Assembly (NCBI GenBank): GCA_963788655.1
Contig: CAWBHS010000102.1
Coordinates: 1-64,000 of the forward strand
Direction: 5' to 3'
DNA length: 64,000 nucleotides
From: an uncultured Verrucomicrobiae bacterium
GTDB lineage: Bacteria > Verrucomicrobiota > Verrucomicrobiia > Limisphaerales > JAFGQR01
Shown: positions 53,801-62,183 of the stretch, one piece after another
Position numbering within the stretch: the first letter of the stretch is position 1
Layout of the letters: every line of letters begins with the position of its first letter
Translations under genes and position numbers: made by a program
The notes under the pieces: model-generated
The model's input: only the letters and a program-made list of their open reading frames with translations
Databases searched by the model: none
What the model was told of the DNA's origin: nothing

Positions 53801-54724
53801 AACCTGCGCGAGCGCATCCAGCAAAAATACCAGGTCAACCTGGATGAGGTCCGCAGCGAGTGCATTACCATCACCTACGCTGAGGGCGGGCCGCCGAAGG
53901 TGGAAACGCTCACACCCGAGGAGATGTCCACCGCCGGCGTGTCCACCGACTGGAACGCCGTAGCCGAGCAGGTCGCGGGGTTGCAGCGGCGCATCGATGA
54001 AATGGGACCGGTTAATTTGGTGGCCATCGAGGAATACGAAGAAACCGAGCAGCGATATCAATTTCTGACCCGGCAGAACGACGACTTGGTGCAGGCCAAG
54101 GCGCATTTGCACGAAGTCATCAACCGCATCAATACGCAAACGCGCGAAATGTTTACGGAGACGTTTAACCGGATTCGGGACAATTTCCGGAACATGTTCA
54201 CCGAGATCTTCGGCGGCGGGAAGGCCGACCTGATGTTGACAAATGAGGGCGACGTGTTGGAAAGCGGTATCGACATCATGGCCCGTCCGCCCGGCAAACA
54301 GCTTCAAAGCATCACGCTGCTCTCCGGCGGGGAGCAGACCATGACCGCCGTGGCGTTGCTCTTCTCGATCTACCAGGTCAAACCCAGTCCGTTCTGCGTG
54401 CTGGACGAATTGGATGCGCCACTCGACGAATCGAACATCAACCGGTTCATCCGCATTCTCCAGCGGTTTCTCGAACAATCGCAGTTCATCATCATCACCC
54501 ACAACAAGCGCACCATCGGCATGGCCGACGTGCTCTACGGCGTCACGATGCAGGAACAGGGCGTCAGCCGGATTGTCAGTGTTAAATTCCACAAAGCCGA
54601 AGATCAGGTGACCGATCACAAGCCCGAATCCATCGAGACTCCCATTGAGGGCAAGCGGGTCGAAGACGAAGAAGACACGCTCCATTCGAAAGAAGAGACT
54701 CTGGAAATGGTGATGGCCAAGTAA
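50861..54724 (+). CDS. smc: Chromosome segregation protein SMC
   Basis: GFKSFAD, VGPNGCGKSN, long coiled coils and hinge, LLSGGE and LDELDAPLD. Confidence 0.96.
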   Translation: MYLKNLTVLGFKSFADKTSLNFQPGVTAIVGPNGCGKSNVSDAIRWVLGEQSAKAMRGGEMADVIFNGTDGRKPLGMSEVSLTIGGVDSEHLMAAGVEVAYNEVTVTRRIFRDGSSEYFMNKTPCRLKDIQQLFMGTGVGRTSYSIMAQGNITQLLSSKPEDRRLVFEEAAGITKFKAQKREALRKLEATDQNLLRVQDLIKEVKRQIISLQRQAGKARRYKQFMLELQHLDTQLARHEFDVLQSEIHQRNEALQQHRDEIEQSAELVMRSENEIGQLRSRLSELEHEISQYQQRGVELKAEIERHESRIQFNEERIRETEAQHGSALNEIAQAEERCRTAQQELASVTERLAAAQVALEEQRQTLNAKREAVQQVENELRDKQEALRQAQAAAFATAQQLSRARNEINALDLQKQGNVVRLEKLSAEKIQLEEERARLEERLQEFASNAEVQKLSVQTQRGTLEERQQRLREIQQHINQVGQELDIVLHQQSEKRSRLNVLEQLQSEHEGFSAGTLAALKQTEAVLGSLADRIQVPDEYIKAIEAALGHHLQVVITQEPEAAQQILAGLNAGKQGRASITSLALFNGEVSGALPITEVDSPEAIPMTASTEETSSADADAMAAVETAVDETAPQIPMVRAASVVKADHTVRPLISRLLGMTRIVPDLAVATEAWRETHGAFHYVTFSGELLSRHGIYTGGSSNGVAQAPTSILGRKNQIAELQAQLQQLQEAIAETSRRKGALQSEYTELQASLHEAQTELRAQEVAIATHEGEFHALQNSQRVLHQKIDTVVYEIQSLAAQEEAGGQKRAGLAAQLLELENAEQTGQQTVAELTADVENLRQQRETLNADLTETKVAVATQEQLCAALEQQQTPLQNRIQELTQLAEQRRNEIGTFATRKTQCEQEIGESRRRMVDLEHEREQTSLQTAELITQKDSLEADIAGREEGLRELRRRVDELQQVRSAVEVELAQKNMAVQNLRERIQQKYQVNLDEVRSECITITYAEGGPPKVETLTPEEMSTAGVSTDWNAVAEQVAGLQRRIDEMGPVNLVAIEEYEETEQRYQFLTRQNDDLVQAKAHLHEVINRINTQTREMFTETFNRIRDNFRNMFTEIFGGGKADLMLTNEGDVLESGIDIMARPPGKQLQSITLLSGGEQTMTAVALLFSIYQVKPSPFCVLDELDAPLDESNINRFIRILQRFLEQSQFIIITHNKRTIGMADVLYGVTMQEQGVSRIVSVKFHKAEDQVTDHKPESIETPIEGKRVEDEEDTLHSKEETLEMVMAK

Positions 54725-54819
54725 CGTGCTGCCGCCGTCTCGCCGGCAGAAAAAAACACGGAGTCCACGTTCGAAGCGGTACCGTGACGGCCACCGCCCA
54801 GAATGGTTACGGACGCAGT

Positions 54820-55713
54820 TCAAGGCGCACGCGAACCAGCCAGTGGACTGGGTGAAGCGGGACTATTCCACCGTTCGCCGGCTTGCAGGATTTGATACGA
54901 CTGCTTCAATCGCTCACAGGTTTGGCGGAATTCGTCGGGCGTGGCGGTGTTGAATTCAAACAGGTCGTAATGGCACGGGATCACGCAGCGGGCGCCAACG
55001 TCATGAGCCAGTTGCGCCGCTTCCCGCCCCCAGAGATTTCCGGCCACCCGCCGTTCGAAAGCGCGGCCGTTGATGGGCAGCAGCGCCAAGTCAATCGAGA
55101 ATTGGCGCAAGTGTTTCACCAAGCCGTCATACCAAACCGTATCGCCGCTGTGATAAACGGTCCAAGGACCAAAGCGCACCACGTACCCCAGAAACTTGCA
55201 GCGCCCTTTCTCGTCGCGCTCGACGGCTTCGTGGGCTGCCGGCACGCCCGTAATGTGAAACGGCCCGAGCGCAATAGTGGTGCCCGCATCTACCCCGACC
55301 GGCCAATTCACCGGACAATCCAATCGCTCCGCCACGAACAACCGGTTCGCCTCGGGAATGACGAATCGCAAGCGCGGATTGATCGCCCGCATCGGTTGGA
55401 GCGTTTCCGCGTCGAGGTGATCGGTGTGATTGTGGCTCGAGGTGACCACGTTCACGAACGCCAATTGCTCCGGGGCAATGACGCGTTCGGTCATGCGAAC
55501 GTGGGGCTTATCGGTGTCCGCGTACTTGCGCGTCAAGGAATCCGACAGATACGGATCGAGCAACAGGTAGTGGGTGTGCCAATGGACAAGGAAGCCGCTT
55601 TGCCCCAGCCACCAGACGTGAAACCGTCGCCGGTCCACCCGAGCGGCGGCAATGTCTTGCAGTAAAGCACCGTTGGCTTGGAGGGGCTGGATCATGTGAG
55701 TGAGCAGGTACAT
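54820..55713 (-). CDS. MBL-fold metallohydrolase (UlaG-like)
   Basis: WWLGQSGF, LLDPYLS, SSHNHTDHLD, YHSGDT and IPCHYD; start at 55713 or 55695. Confidence 0.88.
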   Translation of the reverse strand: MYLLTHMIQPLQANGALLQDIAAARVDRRRFHVWWLGQSGFLVHWHTHYLLLDPYLSDSLTRKYADTDKPHVRMTERVIAPEQLAFVNVVTSSHNHTDHLDAETLQPMRAINPRLRFVIPEANRLFVAERLDCPVNWPVGVDAGTTIALGPFHITGVPAAHEAVERDEKGRCKFLGYVVRFGPWTVYHSGDTVWYDGLVKHLRQFSIDLALLPINGRAFERRVAGNLWGREAAQLAHDVGARCVIPCHYDLFEFNTATPDEFRQTCERLKQSYQILQAGERWNSPASPSPLAGSRAP

Positions 55714-55775
55714 TTTACGGACAACTATCTTCTGGTGTGTTATTAGCGCGATTCGCCTGTGCTCGCCCTTTGAAC

Positions 55776-55918
55776 GGGGGGCGCGCCCGCCCCGGGCGCT
55801 GTCCATGGCGCCTCGCCATGGACTCACACACGAACGCCAACCACTCGTTCGAGTGCGCCGTTCCATTCGTGTTCGGCGCGAGGCGCACCGAACAACAGGC
55901 GAGGCGCCTGTGCTCCCC
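55776..55918 (-). repeat. Palindromic element, family E (copy 2, inverted), inside an operon
   Basis: Ends ...ACAGGCGAGGCGCCTGTGCTCCCC, the reverse complement of the start of the 35297 copy. Confidence 0.8.
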
Positions 55919-55935
55919 GCGCAAGTGGGTCACGG

Positions 55936-56985
55936 TCATAATTCGTTCCGCACTTGTTGCACACCGGCCACCAGATGGCGCAGTTTGGCCTTCGCCGCCC
56001 AGCGGGCGGTCTGGCTGAGCCCGCAATCGGGCGCCAAAACCAGCCGCTCGGCGGGGGCGTGTTGCAAACAGGCGCGCACGCGGCGGGCCACTTCGTCCAC
56101 CGATTCGATATAGTAGCTCTTTACATCGATGATGCCGACCGCCACGTCCTTCTGTTGTGCGATGGTGCCGATAAGTTCCAGTTCGGCGAATTCGCGGCTG
56201 GCCATTTCAACGTGGATTTCGTCCACCTGCATATCCAGGAACGCCGGGAACATCGGCGCATACCGGCGCAAACCGACGGCGTGTCCTTTGTAATTGCCGA
56301 AGCACAAATGCGTGCTGAGCCGGCAGCGGCCCACCAGCGGCGCCACGGTGCGATTGAAAATATCAACGAACCGGTGCGGATCTTCGCGGTGGGCGTAACA
56401 GCTCATGGACGGTTCGTCCACGGTGATCTCGCGACAACCAGCGGCCACCAAACCCTCCAGTTCGCGTTGGACAAGCGGCAACAACGCCTCCGTCAACGCC
56501 CAACGATCCGGGTAGGTGGCATTGGGAACCAGCCGGCCACTGAGCGTGTACGGGCCGGGAACACTGGCCTTGAGGGTGGGCGTCGAATCACTCGCTAAGC
56601 CCTGAGCATTGGCCAGGCGTTGCAGGCGATTGAAATCCTCAACCGTGCCCAAACCTCTCGGCGCGGCCAAGGTGCCGGTGACTTGGTGGCGTCCGCGTTG
56701 ATCATGCGCGGGCGGACCGAAGCGGCGGGGCGGCGCGGATTCGAGGGAAATACCTTCAATGAAACCGTAAAATGAAAGGTTGAAATCCAGCCGGGTCTGT
56801 TCGCCGTCGGTGATGACATCCAATCCGGCGGCCAGTTGATCCTGGACCGCCACCGTGACGGCGTCGTCGATCATTTCCTCCCGATCGGCAGCGCCGAATT
56901 GGTCGAGGTGTTGACAGGCGAATTCCAGCCACGCCGGGAACGGGTAACTGCCGATGACAGTGGTACGCAAGGGGCGTTCTTTCAT
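55936..56985 (-). CDS. Cobalamin-independent methionine synthase II (single-barrel MetE-like) family protein
   Basis: TTVIGSYP, LDVITDGEQTR, HLCFGN and PDCGL zinc ligands. Confidence 0.88.
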   Translation of the reverse strand: MKERPLRTTVIGSYPFPAWLEFACQHLDQFGAADREEMIDDAVTVAVQDQLAAGLDVITDGEQTRLDFNLSFYGFIEGISLESAPPRRFGPPAHDQRGRHQVTGTLAAPRGLGTVEDFNRLQRLANAQGLASDSTPTLKASVPGPYTLSGRLVPNATYPDRWALTEALLPLVQRELEGLVAAGCREITVDEPSMSCYAHREDPHRFVDIFNRTVAPLVGRCRLSTHLCFGNYKGHAVGLRRYAPMFPAFLDMQVDEIHVEMASREFAELELIGTIAQQKDVAVGIIDVKSYYIESVDEVARRVRACLQHAPAERLVLAPDCGLSQTARWAAKAKLRHLVAGVQQVRNEL

Positions 56986-57779
56986 GAGCTGACCAATCCG
57001 AGGTTTTGATACAATCGCGCCAGCCGCCGCGCGTGTTCATCGTAGGCCGATTCAAATAGCTGGGTCGCTTTGGCCGCGCCCACCACGGCGCTGGCGGTCA
57101 AGACGAGGGGCGGTTTGCCGGCCCGCACCAATCGTTCGGCGACTTCGGCTTTGAGGGCGTTGATGAGCAGACAACCGCCCACCGTCGAGCCAGGCGAAAC
57201 CTTCGTCTCCAAGCCATCGATCTTCACCATGGCATCGCCCACCGGCGCCCCGGTATCCAAGACCAAGTCCGCAAAGTCGGCCAACTTCTTGCCGTCCCGA
57301 TGCTGGCTGCGGCTGGCGTCCGCGTGCGCCCGGCTCACGATGGCCACGACTTTGATTCCGCGTTGCCGGAAGCACTCAGCCATCTCGATGGGCACCACGT
57401 TGCAACCGCTGGACGAAACCACCAATGCCGAGTCGCGGTCGGACAAATCGAAGTTGCGCAGGATGCGCTCCGCCAAGCCACTGACGTTTTCGAGGAACAT
57501 GGCCTGGCGCTGGCCGTTGGGCCCGACGACCAGGTTGTGGAAGCTGAGCGACAATTCGACAATCGGATTGAAACCGGGAAAGGAGCCGTAGCGTGGCCAC
57601 ATTTCTTCGACCAGAATCCGGCTGTGTCCGGAGCCAAACAAATGCACCATCCGCCCGGCCAAAATGGTTTCACTGAACCAATCCGCCGCGGTTTGAATGG
57701 CCGGCAGTTGCTGCTCCACCTGCGCGAACAGACCGCGGCAGGCATTGAGATATTCTTCGCTGGGACGCATCGAGTTCAT
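56982..57779 (-). CDS. SIS-domain sugar isomerase-like protein
   Basis: HLFGSGHS, VSSSGCN, LDTGAPVGDA and PGSTVGG. Confidence 0.85.
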   Translation of the reverse strand: MNSMRPSEEYLNACRGLFAQVEQQLPAIQTAADWFSETILAGRMVHLFGSGHSRILVEEMWPRYGSFPGFNPIVELSLSFHNLVVGPNGQRQAMFLENVSGLAERILRNFDLSDRDSALVVSSSGCNVVPIEMAECFRQRGIKVVAIVSRAHADASRSQHRDGKKLADFADLVLDTGAPVGDAMVKIDGLETKVSPGSTVGGCLLINALKAEVAERLVRAGKPPLVLTASAVVGAAKATQLFESAYDEHARRLARLYQNLGLVSS

Positions 57780-57786
57780 AAATGCC

Positions 57787-58593
57787 TCATTCTTTTCCTT
57801 CGCTGACGGACCACCCGGCGTCCACCGTCAGCGTGTCGCCGGTGATCATGGCGGCGTCATCACTCATCAGGAAGACGGCCGCGCGCGCGATGGCCTCCGG
57901 TTCGATCAATCCTTCGGCCAGCGGTTGTTTGGTTTTCATGAGATGGAGGATCGTTTCATCCTGTTGAGCCCGCTGGCTCATCGGCGTGCGCACCAGCGCC
58001 GGCGCGAGGGCGTTGACACGGATCTTCAGCGGTGCGTAATAGGCGGCCATGCTCCGGGTCAAGCCGAGGATGGCGGCCTTGCTGGTGGCGTAGGCATGGG
58101 TGGCAAAATGTCGGGCCGACGGCGCAAATCCCAACACGCTGGACATGTTCACGATGGCGCCGCGTAATCCCTGCGCATCCGGAGCTTGCGCGAGCATCTG
58201 CTTGAGCGCGGCTCGGCACATATAAAACGTGCTTTGGAGATTGGTGTCCATAGTTCGGAGCCAGCCTTCGTCGGAACACTCGTGGACCGGACCATCTCCG
58301 AACTTGCGACCGCTGATGCCCACGACGTTGAACAACGCATCCAGGCGCTCGAATCGTTTGAGGCATTCGGCTACCGCGGCATCGACGGCGTTGGATTGAG
58401 TCAAATCGGCAGGTGCAAACTCGCAGTCGCCGCCCATCGTCAAAATCCTCTTCCGCAAGTCCTGTCCCGCTTCAGCCGTCAAGCCAGTGACAAACACTCG
58501 CGCCCCTTCGCTCACCGCCAACTCCGCCGTGGCCGCGGCGATGCCCGTGGTGCCGGTGATCAGGATCGTTTTGTTCTGGAGCTTGCCGGGCAT
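57787..58593 (-). CDS. SDR oxidoreductase
   Basis: ITGTTGIA, FNVVGISGR, YATSK and VDAGW. Confidence 0.88.
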   Translation of the reverse strand: MPGKLQNKTILITGTTGIAAATAELAVSEGARVFVTGLTAEAGQDLRKRILTMGGDCEFAPADLTQSNAVDAAVAECLKRFERLDALFNVVGISGRKFGDGPVHECSDEGWLRTMDTNLQSTFYMCRAALKQMLAQAPDAQGLRGAIVNMSSVLGFAPSARHFATHAYATSKAAILGLTRSMAAYYAPLKIRVNALAPALVRTPMSQRAQQDETILHLMKTKQPLAEGLIEPEAIARAAVFLMSDDAAMITGDTLTVDAGWSVSEGKE

Positions 58594-58595
58594 GG

Positions 58596-59639
58596 TCAGC
58601 TTGTTTTCACCCGCACCCATTTACGCGAGCGCATGGAGCGATAACCGGCGTCCAAAATGCAATTAACCATGTAACCGTCGTCGTACGTCTCGCGTGGGAT
58701 GTGCCGCTCCCGTACGCACTCGACAAAATGTTTCATCTCCGCCTGGTACCCATAAGCGAAGGCCTCCTCCGGTAGCGGCCGGGTCCAGCCAAAATCCAGG
58801 TCAGCCTTTTCTACCACATAGCCCGCCGAACGCCGCGTGAACGTGGTCATTGGCGTACCGCGCGTAACATCGGTGAAGATGGAGCCTTCGGAACCGTGGA
58901 CTTCATTGCGCAGGTCCAAACCGCCCTTGGTGGTCCAGGAGAGTTCGCAATGCGCAATGCCGCCCCCGGCCAATCGCATCACCAGCAATGCGTTGTCTTC
59001 GCCCTGGGTTTTCTGCTGATGCACCAGCGTGTCGCCCCAGGCCATGACTTCCACCACCGGATCATCTTTGCCAAAGAAATAGCGCGCGGCTTCGACGCAA
59101 TGGCAGCCCAGGTCGTTGAGCGCGCCACCGCCGGTATTCTCGATGTTCCAGAAATGGGCGCTGTGCGGCCCACTGTGCGATTCGCGTGAGCGCACCCAAA
59201 GCACCCGGCCCACGCCGCCGCGCTCGATCATCGCCCGCGCCTTCACGATGGCCGGCGCGAACACTTCGGTTTCGGCATAACCGTGCAGCATGCCCGAATG
59301 GTGCGCGGCGTCCCGCATCTGGCGGGCTTCGTCCGGATTGCGCGCGAGCGGTTTGGTGCAGACCTGGTGCCGCTTGGCCTGCGATAACGCCAGGCTGACC
59401 GGCAGATGGGCTTCGTTGGGGAGGGCGATGACGTATAAATCAATATCGCTGCGGGCAATCAATCCTTTCAAATCGGTGGTCGCCTCAGGAATGTTCCAAC
59501 GGCGCGCGAACGCCCGGGCACGTTTGAGCGACCGCGAGTAAGCGACCGTCACCTGCTGGCCGTTCACATTGGCCAGACCTTGGAGGTAAAACTCCGCCAC
59601 AAAACCCGAGCCCAGCATGGCGATATTGATGGTTTTCAT
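58596..59639 (-). CDS. Gfo/Idh/MocA oxidoreductase
   Basis: MLGSGFVA, IALPNEAH, CTKPLAR and GGGALNDLGCH. Confidence 0.9.
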   Translation of the reverse strand: MKTINIAMLGSGFVAEFYLQGLANVNGQQVTVAYSRSLKRARAFARRWNIPEATTDLKGLIARSDIDLYVIALPNEAHLPVSLALSQAKRHQVCTKPLARNPDEARQMRDAAHHSGMLHGYAETEVFAPAIVKARAMIERGGVGRVLWVRSRESHSGPHSAHFWNIENTGGGALNDLGCHCVEAARYFFGKDDPVVEVMAWGDTLVHQQKTQGEDNALLVMRLAGGGIAHCELSWTTKGGLDLRNEVHGSEGSIFTDVTRGTPMTTFTRRSAGYVVEKADLDFGWTRPLPEEAFAYGYQAEMKHFVECVRERHIPRETYDDGYMVNCILDAGYRSMRSRKWVRVKTS

Positions 59640-59767
59640 CGTGTGCGCCCGGACGTTAGCAAACTCGGCTCGTTTGAGAAAGGCTTTTGCAAGAGGTTAG
59701 AAAAATTGTTTTTATGGGACGATTGGCAATTAGAAACCTGGAGAGGTGCGGGCGCAACTCAGGCATG

Positions 59768-60234
59768 GTAGGACAGCCGTCCCGGCTATCCCGAACTCGC
59801 AAGCAACGCACCTTGGTCAATGATCCCAGCTCGCAAATAGGAACGTCACACAAACTCCGAAACCGGCGGGACTCCTGTCCTCCGGCTTTGCCGCGTTTGC
59901 GCTTCCTCGTTGCGCTTTGAGCGTCGCGCAGTCCGTCGCGCCAGCGTTTGGAGTGCATCCGGCTTGCCGGCGCTTTCGTCGTGAAAAGAACGGTCAAATT
60001 CATAAGCGCGTGCGGCATTGGTTTGATCGGCTGTTGATCAAACGAAAGCGGGAGCAAGCTCGCCGCACTCCAAACGCTACGCGCGGTTCGAGCACCACGC
60101 TCCTACTGCAAGCTGTGTAGGACAGCCGTCCCGGCTGTCTCGAATGTTCCAAGGCGCGCCACTGGTTACGGGATCGTTCAAACTGATGCGAAAGCTCTTC
60201 GGGTGATTCGGGACCGGCGGGACGCCTGTCCTAC
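59768..60234. repeat. Cluster of three REP doublets: family A (59768-59883), family D (59937-60083), family A (60117-60234)
   Basis: GTAGGACAGCCGTCCCGGCT...CGGCGGGAC(G/T)CCTGTCCT(A/C)C occurs twice, flanking CGCGCCAGCGTTTGGAGTGC...GCACTCCAAACGCTACGCG. Confidence 0.85.
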
Positions 60235-60312
60235 CGGCATAACGTAGCACTCGGGCCATGCTCTCCCGCCGCCTTTCCTCGACATCCGAAGTCCCTTTGG
60301 TAGGTTTGCGTC

Positions 60313-61515
60313 ATGAGTTTTGTGGCTGAATTTGATCGCCTGCCGCTGGCTTCGTGGTTGCGACGTTCGCACGAAGCAACGCCGGCAGCGGTGCGGAACG
60401 TGCTTGGGAAATCGAGTCGTTCGCTGACTGACTTTGCTCAGTTGCTATCCCCGGCGGCCGGCGAATCGTTGGATGCTTTGTGCCAGCAGTCTCTGGCGAT
60501 AACCCGCCAACGTTTCGGTAAGGTCATCCGGCTGTTTGCACCGCTTTACCTGTCCAACGAGTGCATTAATAATTGCAAGTATTGCGGCTTTTCGCGCGAC
60601 AATCCCATTCTGCGAGTCACGCTATCCATTGAGGAAGTGCTCCGCGAGGCGCGCGCGCTCAAAGCGCAAGGGTTTCGGAACATTTTATTGGTGGCCGGGG
60701 AGCATCCGAAATTTGTCTCGCATGATTACCTCGCGGCGTGCGTCCAGGCGCTGCACGCCGAAGTGCCCGGCATTTCCCTCGAAGTCGGTCCGATGGAAAC
60801 GGAGGACTATCGAAGTCTGACCGCCAGCGGCGCGGAAGGACTGGTGGTCTATCAGGAAACATACGACCGGGCCTTGTATGCCGAATTGCACGTTTCCGGG
60901 CCGAAACGCAATTTCAACTGGCGCCTGGAAACACCCGAGCGCGCCTACGAGGCCGGGTTCCGCCGCTTGGGCTTGGGCGCGTTGTACGGGCTGAGCGACT
61001 GGCGAAGCGAATCTCTGGCGGTCGCGGCTCACGCGGCGTATTTGTTGCGCAATTGCTGGAAGGCTTCGTTGACCATCTCGCTGCCACGCATGCGTCCGTG
61101 CGCCGGCGAGTTCCAACCGCTGACGCACATCAATGACCGCGAACTGACGCAATTGGTCTGCGCCTTTCGGCTCACGTTTCCCGACGTTGGGCTGGTGCTG
61201 TCCACGCGCGAACCGGCCCGCCTGCGCAACGGTTTGATCCCGCTCGGCATCACGCTCATGAGCGCGGGCAGCCACACTGAGCCGGGCGGTTACACTGGCG
61301 CGGGACGCGAGCATCTGCACCACACCGAACGCGGCCGCATCGTGGACTTGATTCCGGCCTCGAGTGAATGGGCGCCCAGTCCACGGCCTGCGAACAGCGC
61401 CACCCGCCAGTTTGATATTGCCGACGAACGTTCCGCGGCGGAAGTGGCGGAAGTCATTCGGCACCTGGGGTACGAGCCGGTGTGGAAGGATTGGGATGCG
61501 GCGCTTGCCGGTTGA
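60313..61515 (+). CDS. thiH: 2-iminoacetate synthase (radical SAM)
   Basis: FAPLYLSNECINNCKYCGF, YQETY, ISLPRMRP, LSTRE, QFDIADERS and PVWKDWD; followed by thiS. Confidence 0.92.
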   Translation: MSFVAEFDRLPLASWLRRSHEATPAAVRNVLGKSSRSLTDFAQLLSPAAGESLDALCQQSLAITRQRFGKVIRLFAPLYLSNECINNCKYCGFSRDNPILRVTLSIEEVLREARALKAQGFRNILLVAGEHPKFVSHDYLAACVQALHAEVPGISLEVGPMETEDYRSLTASGAEGLVVYQETYDRALYAELHVSGPKRNFNWRLETPERAYEAGFRRLGLGALYGLSDWRSESLAVAAHAAYLLRNCWKASLTISLPRMRPCAGEFQPLTHINDRELTQLVCAFRLTFPDVGLVLSTREPARLRNGLIPLGITLMSAGSHTEPGGYTGAGREHLHHTERGRIVDLIPASSEWAPSPRPANSATRQFDIADERSAAEVAEVIRHLGYEPVWKDWDAALAG

Positions 61516-61563
61516 TGTTCGATGGACGGTCAGAATGGCGGGTCGGTTAGAAACGAAACAACA

Positions 61564-61773
61564 ATGAATGAGTCAACAGTGATTGCCAATGGACAGTCCG
61601 TAGCGGCGGAGTTGCCCTGCACGATCGAGGAATTTCTGGTGGCGAACCAGATGCTGCCGCGCAGCGTGGTCGTCGAGCACAACGGGGAAGCGGTCGCACC
61701 TTCTGAATTCAAGCAACGCAAGCTCGCCGCCGGCGACCGCTTGGAAATCGTCAAGATCGTGGCCGGCGGGTAA
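61564..61773 (+). CDS. thiS: Sulfur carrier protein ThiS
   Basis: VVVEHNGE...GDRLEIVKIVAGG (C-terminal GG). Confidence 0.92.
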   Translation: MNESTVIANGQSVAAELPCTIEEFLVANQMLPRSVVVEHNGEAVAPSEFKQRKLAAGDRLEIVKIVAGG

Positions 61774-61823
61774 CGGTGTTCTGGTTCGTATTCGCGCGCA
61801 AAGGGACTGGTTCGCAATCAAAC

Positions 61824-62105
61824 GGTGGGGCGTGCAGTCCTCTGCGCGCCGCGATAGGAAAGAACCACACAATGGGAACAAGACGGCGCGCACGGAGTGA
61901 TGCTCGGGTGGCATTTCTGTATTGATGAGAGCTTGGGATTGACTACGCATAGTGACATTCAATCGGCTCGTTCTCCCTCACCCTACCCTCTCCCCAAGGA
62001 GAGGGAACAGAGGGAGGTGCCACTACGGAAACCAAGGGACATCGTGTTTTCAGAAGACCGGTCATCGATTCTCCCTCTCCCTGGGGGAGAGGGCCGGGGT
62101 GAAGG
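61824..62105. repeat. Two further palindromic doublets (61824-61905 and 61975-62105)
   Basis: GGTGGGGCGTGCAGTCCTCTGCGCGCCG / CGGCGCGCACGGAGTGATGC, and CCCTCACCCTACCCTCTCCCCAAGGAGAGGG / CCCTCTCCCTGGGGGAGAGGGCCGGGGTGAAGG. Confidence 0.7.
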
Positions 62106-62183
62106 AAAACAAAACCATCGATTATTCCAAAGTGTCTTCCATCCAGGCGACTGCACAGCAAGTATTACCAAATGCTTCGGCTA

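Noticed and set aside
59768..60234. Repeat cluster as a CRISPR array
   Set aside because: The units are inverted doublets of different families with irregular spacing; there are no direct repeats with constant-length spacers and no cas genes.
59640..60312. TPP riboswitch upstream of thiH
   Set aside because: No CTGAGA/ACCTGA core was seen; the region is occupied by REP doublets.
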